From the NCBI GenBank assembly GCA_973895155.1, contig OZ316894.1, positions 248,001-312,000 of the forward strand: a stretch of 64,000 nucleotides of DNA, given 5' to 3'. Source of the DNA: Marsupella aquatica (Eukaryota > Plantae > Marchantiophyta). A program made the translations under genes and the position numbers. The notes beneath the pieces were generated by a model that saw only the letters and a list, made by a program, of their open reading frames with translations, searched no databases and was not told the DNA's origin. Positions 12,878-25,123 of this stretch are shown one piece after another (position 1 is the stretch's first letter; every line of letters begins with the position of its first letter).

Positions 12878-15500
12878 ATGACTGACCTTACGCCGAGGGA
12901 AGAAAGAGTGATTCAACGGGAGAGAGCTCAACTGCAGCAGCTCGTCGGGTGGCATGATACACAGCGACTGAGAGGGGTAGAAAGAGCTGGTAGCTCCGAA
13001 ACTGGAAGTGGCGTCGAAGAAGACATACCAGAAGAAGAGTCGGTAAGGAGAAGTGAGTCTCCAACCGACATGGGGGAACCAGAGGCACGGCCAGACGAGA
13101 GGCCAGGGACCAGACTGAGCCAGCGGTCACGCATACATTACTAGGCATTTCATGGGAGAGGAGATGAGGATCCGGACGAATGGTTGGATGATTTCGAGGG
13201 AACCGCTGCAGCAAATGGAGAATCAGCCATCAAGATGCAGATTCTTCCCGGCCTGTTCAAGGGTGAGGCTAGGCCTTGGTACAGAGCATTAGATGTGGAA
13301 GATCAAGCCATCTGGGATATCTTCAAAACACTCTTTGTTAAGGAGTTTTGACCAATTGGAACTTCAGAACTAGCAGTGCTGAAGTTGGGACGACTTTGGT
13401 TCAAGGAGAACAAATCCTTCAGGAAGTTCTTGCAACGCTTTCAGAAACTGGTAAGACGTACAAAGACCAATGCATCTGAAGGTATGCAACTTCAATGGCT
13501 GGTGAATGCTTTGCCATAGAAGATGAGTTTTGCAATTAGGAAGGAGAACCCGGAGACTTTAGCCGAAGCAATTAAGGATATTCAATTATACATTAATGCA
13601 GATATCACAAGCCGGAAGAAACAGCTTCAGTCTGAGAGTTCCTCATCAGAAGAGGGATCACCCCATAAGAAAAAAGATAAGAAGAAGAAATGTTCTAAGA
13701 AGTCTAGAAGTGATAAGTCAAGCTCGGATAGTGGGAGTAGCAAGAGTGAGTCATCTTCTAGTTCTGAAGAAGAAAAAACTACCAAAAGGAAGGGCAGAAG
13801 GAGAGGGAAGACGAAAGTCAAGCTGGAGGCTAAGCCACCAGATAACATCGTAGCCCTTACCGAGCAACTTAAGGCTATCATTGCAGAGGTAAAACCGAAG
13901 AAGAAGGTAGTACAGGAGGATAGCTCTGTATGGTGTGCCTTATGTTATAAAACCAGACACCATAAAGATGCGTGTCCTAAGCTTAATACTAATCATGTTC
14001 GGCATGTGGCCGAGATCAGACCATGTCAGGGAGAAGTAGAGTACTTTTTAGGAGATGCCGCTGATAGTGTTTTCGGCATCAGTGAGACTGGAGCACGAGA
14101 CCTATCCAACAGACCTGCATCTCTATGGTCAGGGTTAAGGAACAATCCAGGAGAGATGTATCCTCGGATTATTCAGAACCCGCCAGTACCTCCTAGGCCG
14201 AATGTGCAAAGATTTGCGGCGTGCTATAATTGTGGTCAACCTGGCCATTTTGCTAGAGAATGCCCGAATGCACGCAAACAGGGTGATGGACAACCAGCTC
14301 AGCTATGTATGGGATGCCGACAGGAAGGTCATATGCTAGGGCAATGTCCTACTTGGTTGGCAGGCCTGGCCGCAAATCATAAACTTTTGCCGGTCAAGAT
14401 CTTACCGCCAGGTACTACCCCCGGAGGAGTTCAAATCAACCACATCGAACTAGGATGGCAAGAGGATGCCGAGGCAGAGTTCGTACCATCTGATGATGAG
14501 GCCGAAGCCCTATCAACCTTCTCAGAGGAGGATTTAGATCATGATTGCTACCGGGTCTCTACTCGATCTACCAGAAGGAAGGAAAGGTGGGATGGGCTGG
14601 CCAAAAATAAAGGGAAGGTTACGGAGGAAAAGATCGACTCTTCGTCAACATCAACGGAAGGAGAAGGGAGGGCTCCGGCAATACAGGTAAGCCATGAGCC
14701 CACCAGTGAACCCAATCCTTCACAAGATAGCGACTTCAATCGAGATCATCCTAAGTTGTTCTACCCCTCTGTTACGGCTAGTGTTAAGGAACAACTAAGA
14801 GAATTAGAAACCCTGGAGAATACCGAAGCCATTGCCAAGGATGTAAAACGAGCAAAAGCATTGTTTGCTTCGGAAGACCCAACAGCTGTGGAGACTAGCG
14901 TGGCAAAACTGGCCGAATCCAAGACGGAGACACCACCAGAGGAGAAGCCGATTGTTCCCTATGACCTGGCTAAAGATGTACTAGAATCTAGAGTCTCGGC
15001 AACAGTAGGTCAACTATTGAAAAATAGCCCGTACTTCCGGAAGCAATTAAGGAAGGCTATTCTCGGCAAGCCGAGATTACCCAAGGTAGCAACCAGATCC
15101 GACGTACTAATGATAGAAGAAGATCAAGGAGCCCCAGCATTACCATTAATGATTCAAGGAGAATTATTACTACGGGTACCCATCGATGGAGGATCAGGGG
15201 TATGTATTATGATTGATTCAACAGCAAAAGGGTGGGGTCTAACACCGGAGATGACTGGAAGAGTGTTGAACATGGCCAATGGATATCAGGTCATTCCCAC
15301 GGGAGTGTTAATCGACATCAAGACAGAGATAGGAGGTATCTTCTTAGCATTAACTATGTAGTAATGAAGCCGGTAAATCCTACGTCATTCCGGCTATTGA
15401 TTGGTAGGCCATGGCTGTACCTAGCCGAGGTAATAGAAGATTGGGGTAAAAAGCAGTTCACTTTCGGGACCCCCTCTATCACGGTATCCTGGGACACTAA
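12878..15500 (+). pseudogene. gag: Gag with three zinc knuckles and aspartic protease (frameshifted)
   Basis: CALCYKTRHHKDAC, CYNCGQPGHFAREC, CMGCRQEGHMLGQC; protease VPIDGGSGV and LLIGRPWL; frame breaks near 13140 and 15350. Confidence 0.85.
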
Positions 15501-16199
15501 GGATGACCGTAGGAAAAGCATAAGGGAAGTAGATGGGTACGACAGTGGACTGGAGTCAGCCGATGAAGTACGTTGGTTAGAATGCCTCACTGACCTAACC
15601 GAAGAAAGTGTCTTTGGACCAGAGGTACCCCCCAGCGGATTATGGCAAGAACCAATGGAAGGTGACTTGGAAGAAGAAGACGAAGAGGTCGAGGACTGCT
15701 TTACAATAGAATCCACCTTTTTAGCTGCAATTCCGGAGGAAGTAAAGGATGTAGACCAATTGGATGAAACGGCTAAGTGGGGAGCAGTAGCAGGGACAGT
15801 GGATTTTCTGCAGGCGTTGTGGCAGAGCCGGCAGGGTTCACAACGCCATCGATCATCGGCAAGGAATTAAATACCAAGGGATCGGCATACAAGCCGATTA
15901 CGAGGGCAGAACAAATTGAGGCCCTATTAGAAGCCGAGAGAGCACAGCGGCCTGACTCTCAGGAGCAAGAGGTGGATGAGATGGATAGACACAATCCAGA
16001 GCCAAGGCAGGAAGGGGAGCCGACCACCAATTCAAAACCGAATAGACCGGCAAGGGGACAATCTATGGACACCAAGGAAGGGACCGACTCGGCTAGTCCA
16101 GCCGAGATTCCAGTTTATGGAGGTATGAGATTGGAGAGACTGGAAGCCGAACTGGACCCGAATTTGAAGAAGCAGATTAATATGATCCAAGCACGGAAA

Positions 16200-18820
16200 T
16201 ATCGGAAGCTCGACTTAGGAGAGGGAAGAGAACTGAACTTAGGGAGAAACCTAGCACCTGAGCTCGAGAAAGAGATCAGTGACTTATTGATTGAATTTCA
16301 GGATGTGTTTGCATGGAGTCACCAAGATCTAAAGGGAGTAGATCCAACACTAGGGGAACATCGAATTGATCTCATGTTAGGAGCCAAATCATTTCGACAA
16401 CCAATTCGAAGGATGAACCCGAAGTATTCCCTGCTGGTCAAAACAGAAATCGACAAACTAGTGGAAGCTGGATTCATCACTCCAGTCCTGCATTCGGACT
16501 GGGTGTCTCCAATTGTGATAGTTCCCAAGAAAGCTGGACCCGATGGTAACCCAAGATTCGGGTTTGTCAGGATTACAGGAAACTGAATGAAGCGACGTTA
16601 AAAGACCATTTTCCCTTACCCTTTACTGATATGGTACTAGACATGGTAGCCAGTCATGAACTATATTCATTCATGGATGGGTACTCTGGTTATAACCAAA
16701 TCAGGATTCGGCAGGAAGACCAAATCAAGACGGCCTTCATCACGGAATGGGGGATCTATGTCTTCAATCGTATGCCGTTTGGACTCTGCAACGCACCAGC
16801 TATGTTGCAACGATTAATGGTGAACATTTTTCATGATTACTTGAGAAAGTTCATGGAAATCTTCATGGATGACTTTGCAGTATTCGGGAAGGCATCGAAA
16901 CATGCTAAATACCTCAGGAAAACCTTCATGAGATGTAGAGAGGTGGGTCTCAAGTTACACCCAGATAAATTTTTCTTTGCAGTAACCGAGGGGGTGCTAC
17001 TAGGTCACAAGGTATCAAGGAAGGGCATTGAGATTGACAAAGGTAAGCTAGCAATATGGCTAGATATCATGCAACCTAAGAACATAAAGGATGTAAGATC
17101 CTTCTTGGGATGCATTGGTTACTATCGCCGGTTCATCAAGGATTTTTCCAAACTAGCTTTACCATTAACCAACATGCTCAAGGCAGGAGCAGACTTCGAA
17201 CCCACACCCGAACGAGTCACAGCGGTGGTAGAATTGAAGCAGATGTTAGTAGATGCCCCAGTCATGATAGCACCGGACTGGAACAAAGATTTTCATGTTT
17301 TTGTAGATGTCTCGGGCTTCTGTATCGGCTCAGTACTAAGTCAGTTGGATGAGAAAGGAAGGGACCATCCCATATACTTCGCAAGCCGTCAGCTTGCCGA
17401 TGCCGAACGGAACTACTCCACCACAGAGAGAGAAGCATTAGGAGTCATTTATTCTTGTAAAAAGTTTAGGCATTATTTACTAGGGTACAAGGTAATCTTT
17501 CATACCGATCATGAAAGTTTGAAGTACCTAGTCAATAAGCCGGACCTTACAGGCAGAGTAGCAAGATGGATTTTGCTATTACAGGAGTTTGACTATGAGC
17601 TGAGGATCAAGCCGGGAAAGTTACACGCCAATGCCGACTTCTTTTCAAGGATCACAGGTGAACCTGCCACGGATTGCATCGATGATCGATTCCCCGACGA
17701 GGAGCTATTCGTTGTGGAAATAGCTGATACATGGTACCCTGAGATTTTACAATTTCTCAACACTTCCAGATTACAGCCAGGATTAAGCCGAGAGCAAGCC
17801 GCAGTCTTTGTGCGGAAGGTCAGACAGTATCAGTGCATTAAAGGCATACTGCACAAGCATGGAATCAACGGCACGATTCAAAGGTGTTTGGAAAAGGGAG
17901 AGGTAAAACGAGTCCTACGGGCCATGCATGGAGAGGAGGCCGGAGGACATTTTGCCCCAGTAACCACGTCTAAGAAAATATTAAATGCCGGTTACTGGTG
18001 GCCCACTTTGCACAAGGATGTCTATCAGTTTATCAAACAATGCGATCCTTGTCAACGAGCGGGAGGACCAAGGGCGTCCACCAGACATCCACTGCACCCT
18101 ATTCTACCTCTGGCACCATTCGAGAAGTGGGGTATTGATTACATTGGACCTCTGAAACCACTGACCCATCCTCGACGGAACAAGTACATAATCCTGGCTA
18201 CAGATTATGCAACTAAATGGGTAGAGGCCAGACCAACAACGAAGGATGATGCAATTACTACGGCTAGATTCATGTATGAGCAGATCTTCACCAGGTATGG
18301 AGCACCCCTAGAATTAGTTAGTGATAGAGGAACCCATTTTTTGAATGATATAATTAGTCGTTTAAATGAGCAGTATTTAGTTAAACATAGGCCTACTACT
18401 CCCTACCATCCAAAGGCAAATGGGTTGACCGAACGAGCAAACGGAATTATAGGAAAGATATTGAACAAAACAGTAGCTCAGAACAAACTTGATTGGGATG
18501 ATAAATTGTTTGCTGCTGTTTTTGCTTACAATCTTGCCTATAAATCCACTACCGGTCATACACCCTTCTTCTTAACCTTTGGACAAGAAGCCCTGGTACC
18601 CATGCAACTTGAGATACCGACATTTCAAGTTACAATTGAGGAAAGAGCCTCAGCGAAGGAGAGCCTAAAGGAGCGAGAATATAGGTTAGAAGCTTTAGAG
18701 GAGGCGAGAATGATTTCAGCCGAGAGAGTAGAATATAGACAGAATATCATGAAGCAGCAGTATGATAAAAAGTTGAAAGTAGTTAGTATTCATACCGGTG
18801 ATCTTGTGCTACTTGAGCTA
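16200..18820 (+). pseudogene. pol: Pol: reverse transcriptase, RNase H, integrase (C-terminus truncated)
   Basis: FMDGYSGYNQI, MPFGLCNAP, FMDDF; DVSGFCIG, NYSTTEREALG, TDH; H..GHF..CDPCQ, WGIDYIGP, SDRGTHF, NGLTER; frameshift near 16550; frame runs into the LTR after GDLVLL. Confidence 0.92.
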
Positions 18821-21800
18821 TGTGATGCCTAGACAGGAATCACTCAACCAGTTAAGTGGGTAAAGCAGGAAGGCACCCTAGGAACACCTTAGTATAGGGA
18901 CAAAACAAGGAAAATATAAACAATTAGGGGCAACCATGGAACCCGGGCCGAGGCCGGAGGTAAGGACGCTGAGGGTGAAAACTCGATTAGGGTTAGGGCG
19001 CGTTAAGCGTCGGCGGCTAGGAAGGATCAACGGGAAGAAGGACCGGCAGAGGAGAGGGGTAAGGAGCGCTTGCAGGAGATGGTGGCTCATTTGCAAGCAC
19101 GAACTAGGCAGACGACTACGGGAGGCCAACTACTGTCAGCTGCTTAGCCAAGCACTCGGGGAGAGAGTAGATACCGACGAGCGACCTAAGGAGGGTATGA
19201 GCAACGTCAATCAAGCGGCACATTTCTGGGGATGCCTGTTCGAACGGGCAACTGAGTACATCAAGACTTACAAGGACGAGGAATCAAAAAGGGCAGCTCG
19301 AGAACGGCAGGAGCTCGCTCGATTGTGGGAGCTGCAGAAGATGGCTTTCTTAGGAGGCGAACTCATCAAGGACGAGTTCTTGTGGACTCCTACTTCCAAT
19401 CAGCTCGACGATCTTCTGTTTTGCAAAGACAACGTCGTCGGCATCCGAGAGGCCATCAAGAACTGCAACGACATACACTGGGAATTGAAGGGTAGCACGG
19501 AAAGGTGGACCCAGGCAACGGTGCTAGGAGAAACCTCCACGGCAGCAAAGATGAAGAGGAAGGGAGCCGTCAACGATGAAGCCATCCTGGCAAAAAGAAC
19601 AAGGTCAGCGGCACCAAAGAAGCCAGCCGAGCAGCAGAGCAGGAGGCAGGGAGAAGCCGAAGAGGAGGAGGTTGATCCCATCAAGGCCATTCCAACCAGG
19701 GATGACACCTGGAAGGGCTGGGCGGCAACCCTACCGGTGGAGGTGCAACTACATTTTGCACGGGAGGAGGATGCATGCTTTATGGCCATGCAGACCAAGA
19801 AGTACCAAGGCTTCATGGCCGGATCCGGCTTAGAGGCCTTTGTAAGATTACCATGGCTGAAGCCGGAGGTGCCGGATTCAGACCTATTAGAATTCGTGGG
19901 GTCATGGGAACCCGAGACCAATTGCACGAGGATATATGGGAAGGATTTCTATCTTACTCCCAAGGTGATTGCCGAGGTGTTTGGCTTGCCGATAGGCAAT
20001 AAGACCAAAGTTGAGACCAGGAAGACCTTGCCTGACAAGGAGTTCCGGTCGTTCCCCGGGCCATCAACGAAGAATGGCTTCTTCCGGAACACCTGCACCA
20101 ACCCGCACATAGGAGAGATGATCGACTTCTTGCGGGTGACCATGCATTGTAACTTGCCGAGGGCAGAGATCGGCAAGGCACAGGTCTATCTGGCAGAGAG
20201 GCCAGACCCAAGCCGGGACTACAACGGGTACCTCCTCAACCAATTGAAGAAGATCTTAAAGGAGGAGCAACAGGTAATCGGCATGGGGAGCGTGTCGCGG
20301 CTTGGCTATCACATGCCGCTGTTGTGCCGGTATGCCAGAGGTCAGACTTTTGCCCCAGTACTTCCCCTGCAGGTAAGGGCACCCGAGGAAGCTCCAGCAC
20401 CAAGGCCGGTAGCAGAGAAGCCTCAACCACCTGTTAGCCCTACGATCGAGCAGGTGTTTAGGCCAAGGAAGGAGGACTTGCCGATGCAGCAACCAGGCAT
20501 GCAGAGTCTGCTGAAACTACTGGAGAAAGAAAAGAGATCGGCATCGGCAACGACAACGGCAACGGCAACAATGCAGGACACTACTCCAGAGGTAGGCCTA
20601 CACCGGCTCACAAGAGAAAACCCCTTTGCTGGAGACAAGGAGAGAATCAGGCCGGAATCCAAGCCAGGTGTTCGAATGTATGTGGGAGTCTCAAGCTCTG
20701 AATCTGAGGCAGAATTGCCTGAAGCTCCTACCGACAAAGAGGAGAGGGAGAAGCCGGACGTCCAAGAAGTAGAGGAGGCAGTGGAGGACTTCAGCCATGA
20801 TAACTCCGGCTATGGGTCGGACCATCACGTTCCAGGAGTAAGGACCTGTGGCCGGTTTGTCCCCACACTTCCAAGGGTAGTATGAGGGGACCCCAACCAG
20901 CAGAGTAGCCCTGAGTCTCCCCCACCAGATGTTGCTCCCCCGAGCTTTGACGGCATAAAACAGACGGCGCAGGAATTTCAGGAGCGAATCAGGCAGGAAG
21001 AGAAGGCAGCCCTGGCCAGGGAAAAGGATTTGCCAGGAGGAGATTGGCCAGAGGACATCAGGCGGCTAGCCGAAAAAGGAAGCAAACCTCTAGCCACGAT
21101 TGAAGAGATCCGCAAGACGGCTTGGGAGCAGAGGCCGCGATGGGCGATGCCGATCACTTCTACTTACTCCACCTACGCTAAGAATAGAGCCATGGAGTAT
21201 GGTGAGATGTGTGGGGAACTTGCGCTCGGCATCTTTGGAGAGGAGTTGGAGGTAGGACCCTTTTTCCATAGGGAGCAGTTGGAGAAGAACCAATTAGAAG
21301 AAGCGGTGGCTTTAGAGAGAAGCAAGAAGGATGAGGTCATTCGGCTGCTTAGGAGGATGGAAGCCGAGATTGAAGATCTAAGGGCGGCCAAGAAAGCCCA
21401 AGATGAACTGCGGATTAAACGGCATGAGCTGAACATCATGCAGGGGCAGTTGGACACCGCGCAGGCTAATAATCAGAATATCAAGGATAAACTGACTCAG
21501 ACGCAGGGAGAGTTGGCCGATACGATCAAAGAGAGGGAGAAGTGGAAGCGAGAGCTGAGGAATGCAGAGGAGGCCCACATAACAGCCAACAGCCGGGCCA
21601 TGGCGGAGACCCAAAGAAAGGAATGGGCGTTGAAGGGGGAGCTCGAGAAAATCCGCGGAGCCCTTAAGCAGAAGGAGGCCGAGTTAGGAAAATCCTATCA
21701 AGGGATTATGGCGCTGCAGCAGGAGCTTGCGTCCCTGACGGCCAGCTTCAAGGCCGACCTAAGGGAGAAGGACGAGATGCTCGATCAGACTTACGCCAAG

Positions 21801-23492
21801 ATGAACCAGATGGAGTCTGTCATCATTGCAGAGCTCGACAAGGAGCTAAGAGCAACCCGGGAGGAGAGGGCTACCTTGAAGAAAGAACGGGAGGAAGCCC
21901 AGAAGGAACTAGAGGAGGCGCGCAAGGACCTGGATGAGACCCAGGAGGAGTTGGAGGAAATCACGAGGAAGATGGAGAACCTCCAGCGGCGGGCCGACAA
22001 CCAAACAGAGCGGCTGAAGAAACAAGCCGCAGTATTTAGGTGCTTGTCTTCATCAGGCCCAACTCCAATTGGGGCACCCAAGTTACCAGGAGTGGTACTG
22101 GCCGAAGAAAAAGCCGCGCCACCTGCACCAGTGCCGGAAGTAAGTGGGAAGGGAAAGGGACCAGCTGCCGAACCAGAAAAGAAGAAGAAGCGAAAACCTT
22201 CAGGGTCAAGGAGTAATCCGACTCCACAGGCCGTGGTGACCAAGGAGGTAGACCCAGCACCAACCTCCGGCATGAACACGGCAATAGATCCCGCTATCAT
22301 CAAAGGTGGGGATGGTGCGGCCCAAGCCGAACTACTCAGTAATGAGGCCGGTATCCCAGATCCGCCTCTTGAGCAGGCCGGGGAGACCGTAGCCGAGGCT
22401 GAGGCCGTAGCCGATAATGATTCCCGAGCCGATGCCGACGCCGATGGTGGACCCAGTCAGGCCGATGGAGAGTTGACTCAGTCAAGGGCAGGTAATCTGT
22501 CAGAAAACAAACCTACGACAGTGGCTGAGGAGGAAGCGTTGGGGGCGTCCATTGAGGATCCACCACTGGTGTCGTGACGGTGCAAGGGCGCCGTTCCTTT
22601 TAGGAAGGGCGGACGTGGAGGGAGGAGGCGTGAGTGGGCAGGGCGGGCGCTGATCTCCAAGTTTAGGATTAGGATCAGGACCAGGAGGCGGCCCTGACAC
22701 TTAGCTTAGTGGGATTGCGGTTCCACTGGTAGGAGCAACACTTGTGCTCCTGCCTTGCTGTACATAGGTAGATCCGGGCAAGTAGATTACTGTTAGGTAG
22801 TTTAGGCTTACGCTGCAAGGAATTAGGCGGATCCACTACCAGGATAAGTACCTGGGCAGCGGGGAGCTCAGGGCCTCTTCTTTAGCAAGTTTTTAGTTTG
22901 CACCAGCCGGGCTGGGATCAAGTAGTAAGAGAAGCTCTCGGTTAGTCATATAGTGACCCTTGTGTATATTCATGTTTCCTCATGCCTAAGAGCTGAATAG
23001 AGTTGGTCTCACGGCTTAGTTCGTAGAGCTTGTGTATGAGATGTACTGTTTGTATGGCAAGTGCATGGTATGACTCAGTCAGAAGGAGTCATTTTGCTAT
23101 TTGTGTGTCGCATTAACTTGTGTGAAGAGTGCCCACATCAACTAGAAGGAAGGAAAGTAAGCAGGGGAGTGAGAGTTGGATGTGTCGAGCTGAGAGAGGT
23201 CTTAGCGGCTTAACCAAGCCTATTGGGGATCATTCCGGCGGCGGAATCCAAACATACCTAACAAGACGGAGGGGAAGACAGGGGAAGGCCTAGATTAGGC
23301 CGGCTACGTATCTCATGACCCGATGAAGGATCTGTCCAGTATATGTGTGTAAAATGTTAATAGTAGTAGTAGAAGGTTAGCAGCGTCCCATGCCGCTAAG
23401 CCGTGGAAACGGCCTCGCCAAGCGCAAAATCTGCGGGAATCGGCTTGAGCTGGGGGGTTTCTTGGGTTTAGGGAGCCATGGGACGCACCACA
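18821..23492 (+). repeat. Second LTR of family A (4672 bp)
   Basis: TGTGATGCC...GCACCACA; direct repeat of 8147-12808; no polypurine tract in front. Confidence 0.92.
18936..22577 (+). pseudogene. LTR-encoded ~1200-aa ORF with one CGA>TGA stop (20883-20885)
   Basis: ORFs 18936-20885 and 21030-22577 are in the same frame and match 50805-54398. Confidence 0.85.
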
Positions 23493-24441
23493 CTCCTCCC
23501 GGGAAAAATGCAGTTGCACCTCTTCTGGTAGGGTTGCCGCCCAGCCTTTCCAGGTGTCATCCTTTGTTGGAATGGCATTGATGGGATTGACCTCCTCCTC
23601 TTCGGCCTCCGCCTGCCTCCTGCTTCCCTGCTCTGCTGGCTTCCCTAGTGCCGCAGACCTTGTTCTTTTTGCCGGGGTGGCCTCTTCGTTGTTGTTTCCT
23701 TTCCTCTTCATTTCGTCTGCCGTGGATATTTCTCCTAGCACGTTTGCCTTTGTCCACCCCTCCGTGCTACCCTTCAACTCCCAGTGTATGTTGTTGCAGC
23801 GGTTGATGGCTTCCCGAATGCCAACGATGCTGTTTTCGCAAAACAGAAGGTCGTCAAGCTGATTGGCAGTAGGAGTCCACAAGAACTCGGCCTTGATGAA
23901 TTCTCCTTCTAAGAAGGCAGATTTCTGCAGCTCCCACAGTCGAGCTAGCTCCTGCCGTTCTCAAGCTGCTCTCTCTGCTTCTTCATCATCGTAAGTTCTA
24001 ATGTACTCAGCTGCCCGTTCAAATAGGCATCCCCAAAAATGTGCCGCTTGATTGACGTTGCTCATACCCTCCTTGAGTCGTTCGTTGGTATCTGCTCCCG
24101 CCCAGAGTGTTTGTCTAAGCAACTGACAGTAGTTGGCCTCCAGTAGTCGTTTGCCCAGTCCGTGCTTGCAAATGAGCCACCATTCCTCGCAAGCTGTCCT
24201 TACCCCTCTCCTCCTTGATGCTTCCCTACCGTTGGTTACCCCTAGCCGCCGACACTTAGTGCGCCCTAACCCTAATCGTAATCTCTCCCCCGACGTCCTT
24301 ACTTCCGGCCTCGGCCCGGGTTCCATAGTCACCCTTACTTGTTTATATTTTCCTTATTTTTGTAACTATACTAAGTTGTTTCTAGGGTACACTTCCGTTT
24401 TCCCATTTAACCGGCCTAGTGATTCCTGGTTAGGCATCACA
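23493..24441 (-). mobile_element. 5' fragment of a diverged family A LTR in reverse orientation
   Basis: Minus strand begins TGTGATGCCTAACCAGG at 24441; encodes MEPGPRPEVR...VQLHFSREE with many synonymous differences. Confidence 0.88.
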
Positions 24442-25123
24442 GTATTTAGTGCACCCCTCGGTAGAGGTAGAGGGGGTTTTTAGTCTCAGAGTCGGACATC
24501 TGTGGTATGTGCGGGGAGTCCCAACCTCTGTGAATGAAAGAGTACCAAGGGGAGGAAGTACGACTAAGCTCGTTGGGCGAGTGCGGAGCCGGGTTCCGTT
24601 GTAGTGTACGCTCCTCGGCCTTGAACCTGTTCATTCAAGAGCTGTCGGGTCAACCAAGCGTAAGTGTATGTCGACCCGTGTAGTAAAATCCTTTCCCATC
24701 ATTTCCTTCGTGTAAATCGAGATTGTATGCTTGCGTGTATGTGTGTGCGTGAATCTCGTGTATGGGCGCCAACGCTTGGCCAAACAAACTGCCCGAGCCA
24801 TGCACGGGGTGCAGCTTGCGGGTAAGTGGTTGCGAGCTCGGGTTGAGTGCTCGTATCATCAAATCCGGATCGAAGGCGGACAACACGAAGGCTTAGAAGC
24901 CCGTAAGCCGGGGTCGACCATGCTATCGACTAAGGTACGTTCCGGCGGCGGAACACAAATCATACCTAGGAAGTGTCCGTAGGTAATGGTAGACGCACTT
25001 AGCGCTAGTTGACGGGAGTTAGGAGCATTCTGTACGTCCCTCCCTGCCCGAACCCTCATACAAACGAAGGATGTGCCTGTCTAAGCCGAAGCTCGGGTTA
25101 AGGCCCAGGCTGATGACGTGACA
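24442..25123 (+). mobile_element. 3' fragment of a family B LTR
   Basis: Aligns to 42127-42811; ends GATGACGTGACA. Confidence 0.8.

Larger units (their letters stand above)
8147..23492 (+). mobile_element. Ty3/gypsy non-chromovirus LTR retrotransposon, family A (LTR-PBS-gag-pol-LTR; 3' internal part missing)
   Basis: Two ~4.67-kb TG...CA direct repeats, PBS, gag with CCHC knuckles, PR-RT-RH-INT order; no matching TSD (CAAGC vs CTCCT). Confidence 0.9.

Noticed and set aside
23313-23882. 189-aa minus-strand ORF as a gene
   Set aside because: Fragment of the diverged LTR ORF reading through into the antisense end of the adjacent LTR
25100-25123. CTGATGA as a hammerhead ribozyme core
   Set aside because: Sits at the LTR end, reads CCGATGA in the other copy, and lacks the GAAA core and stems
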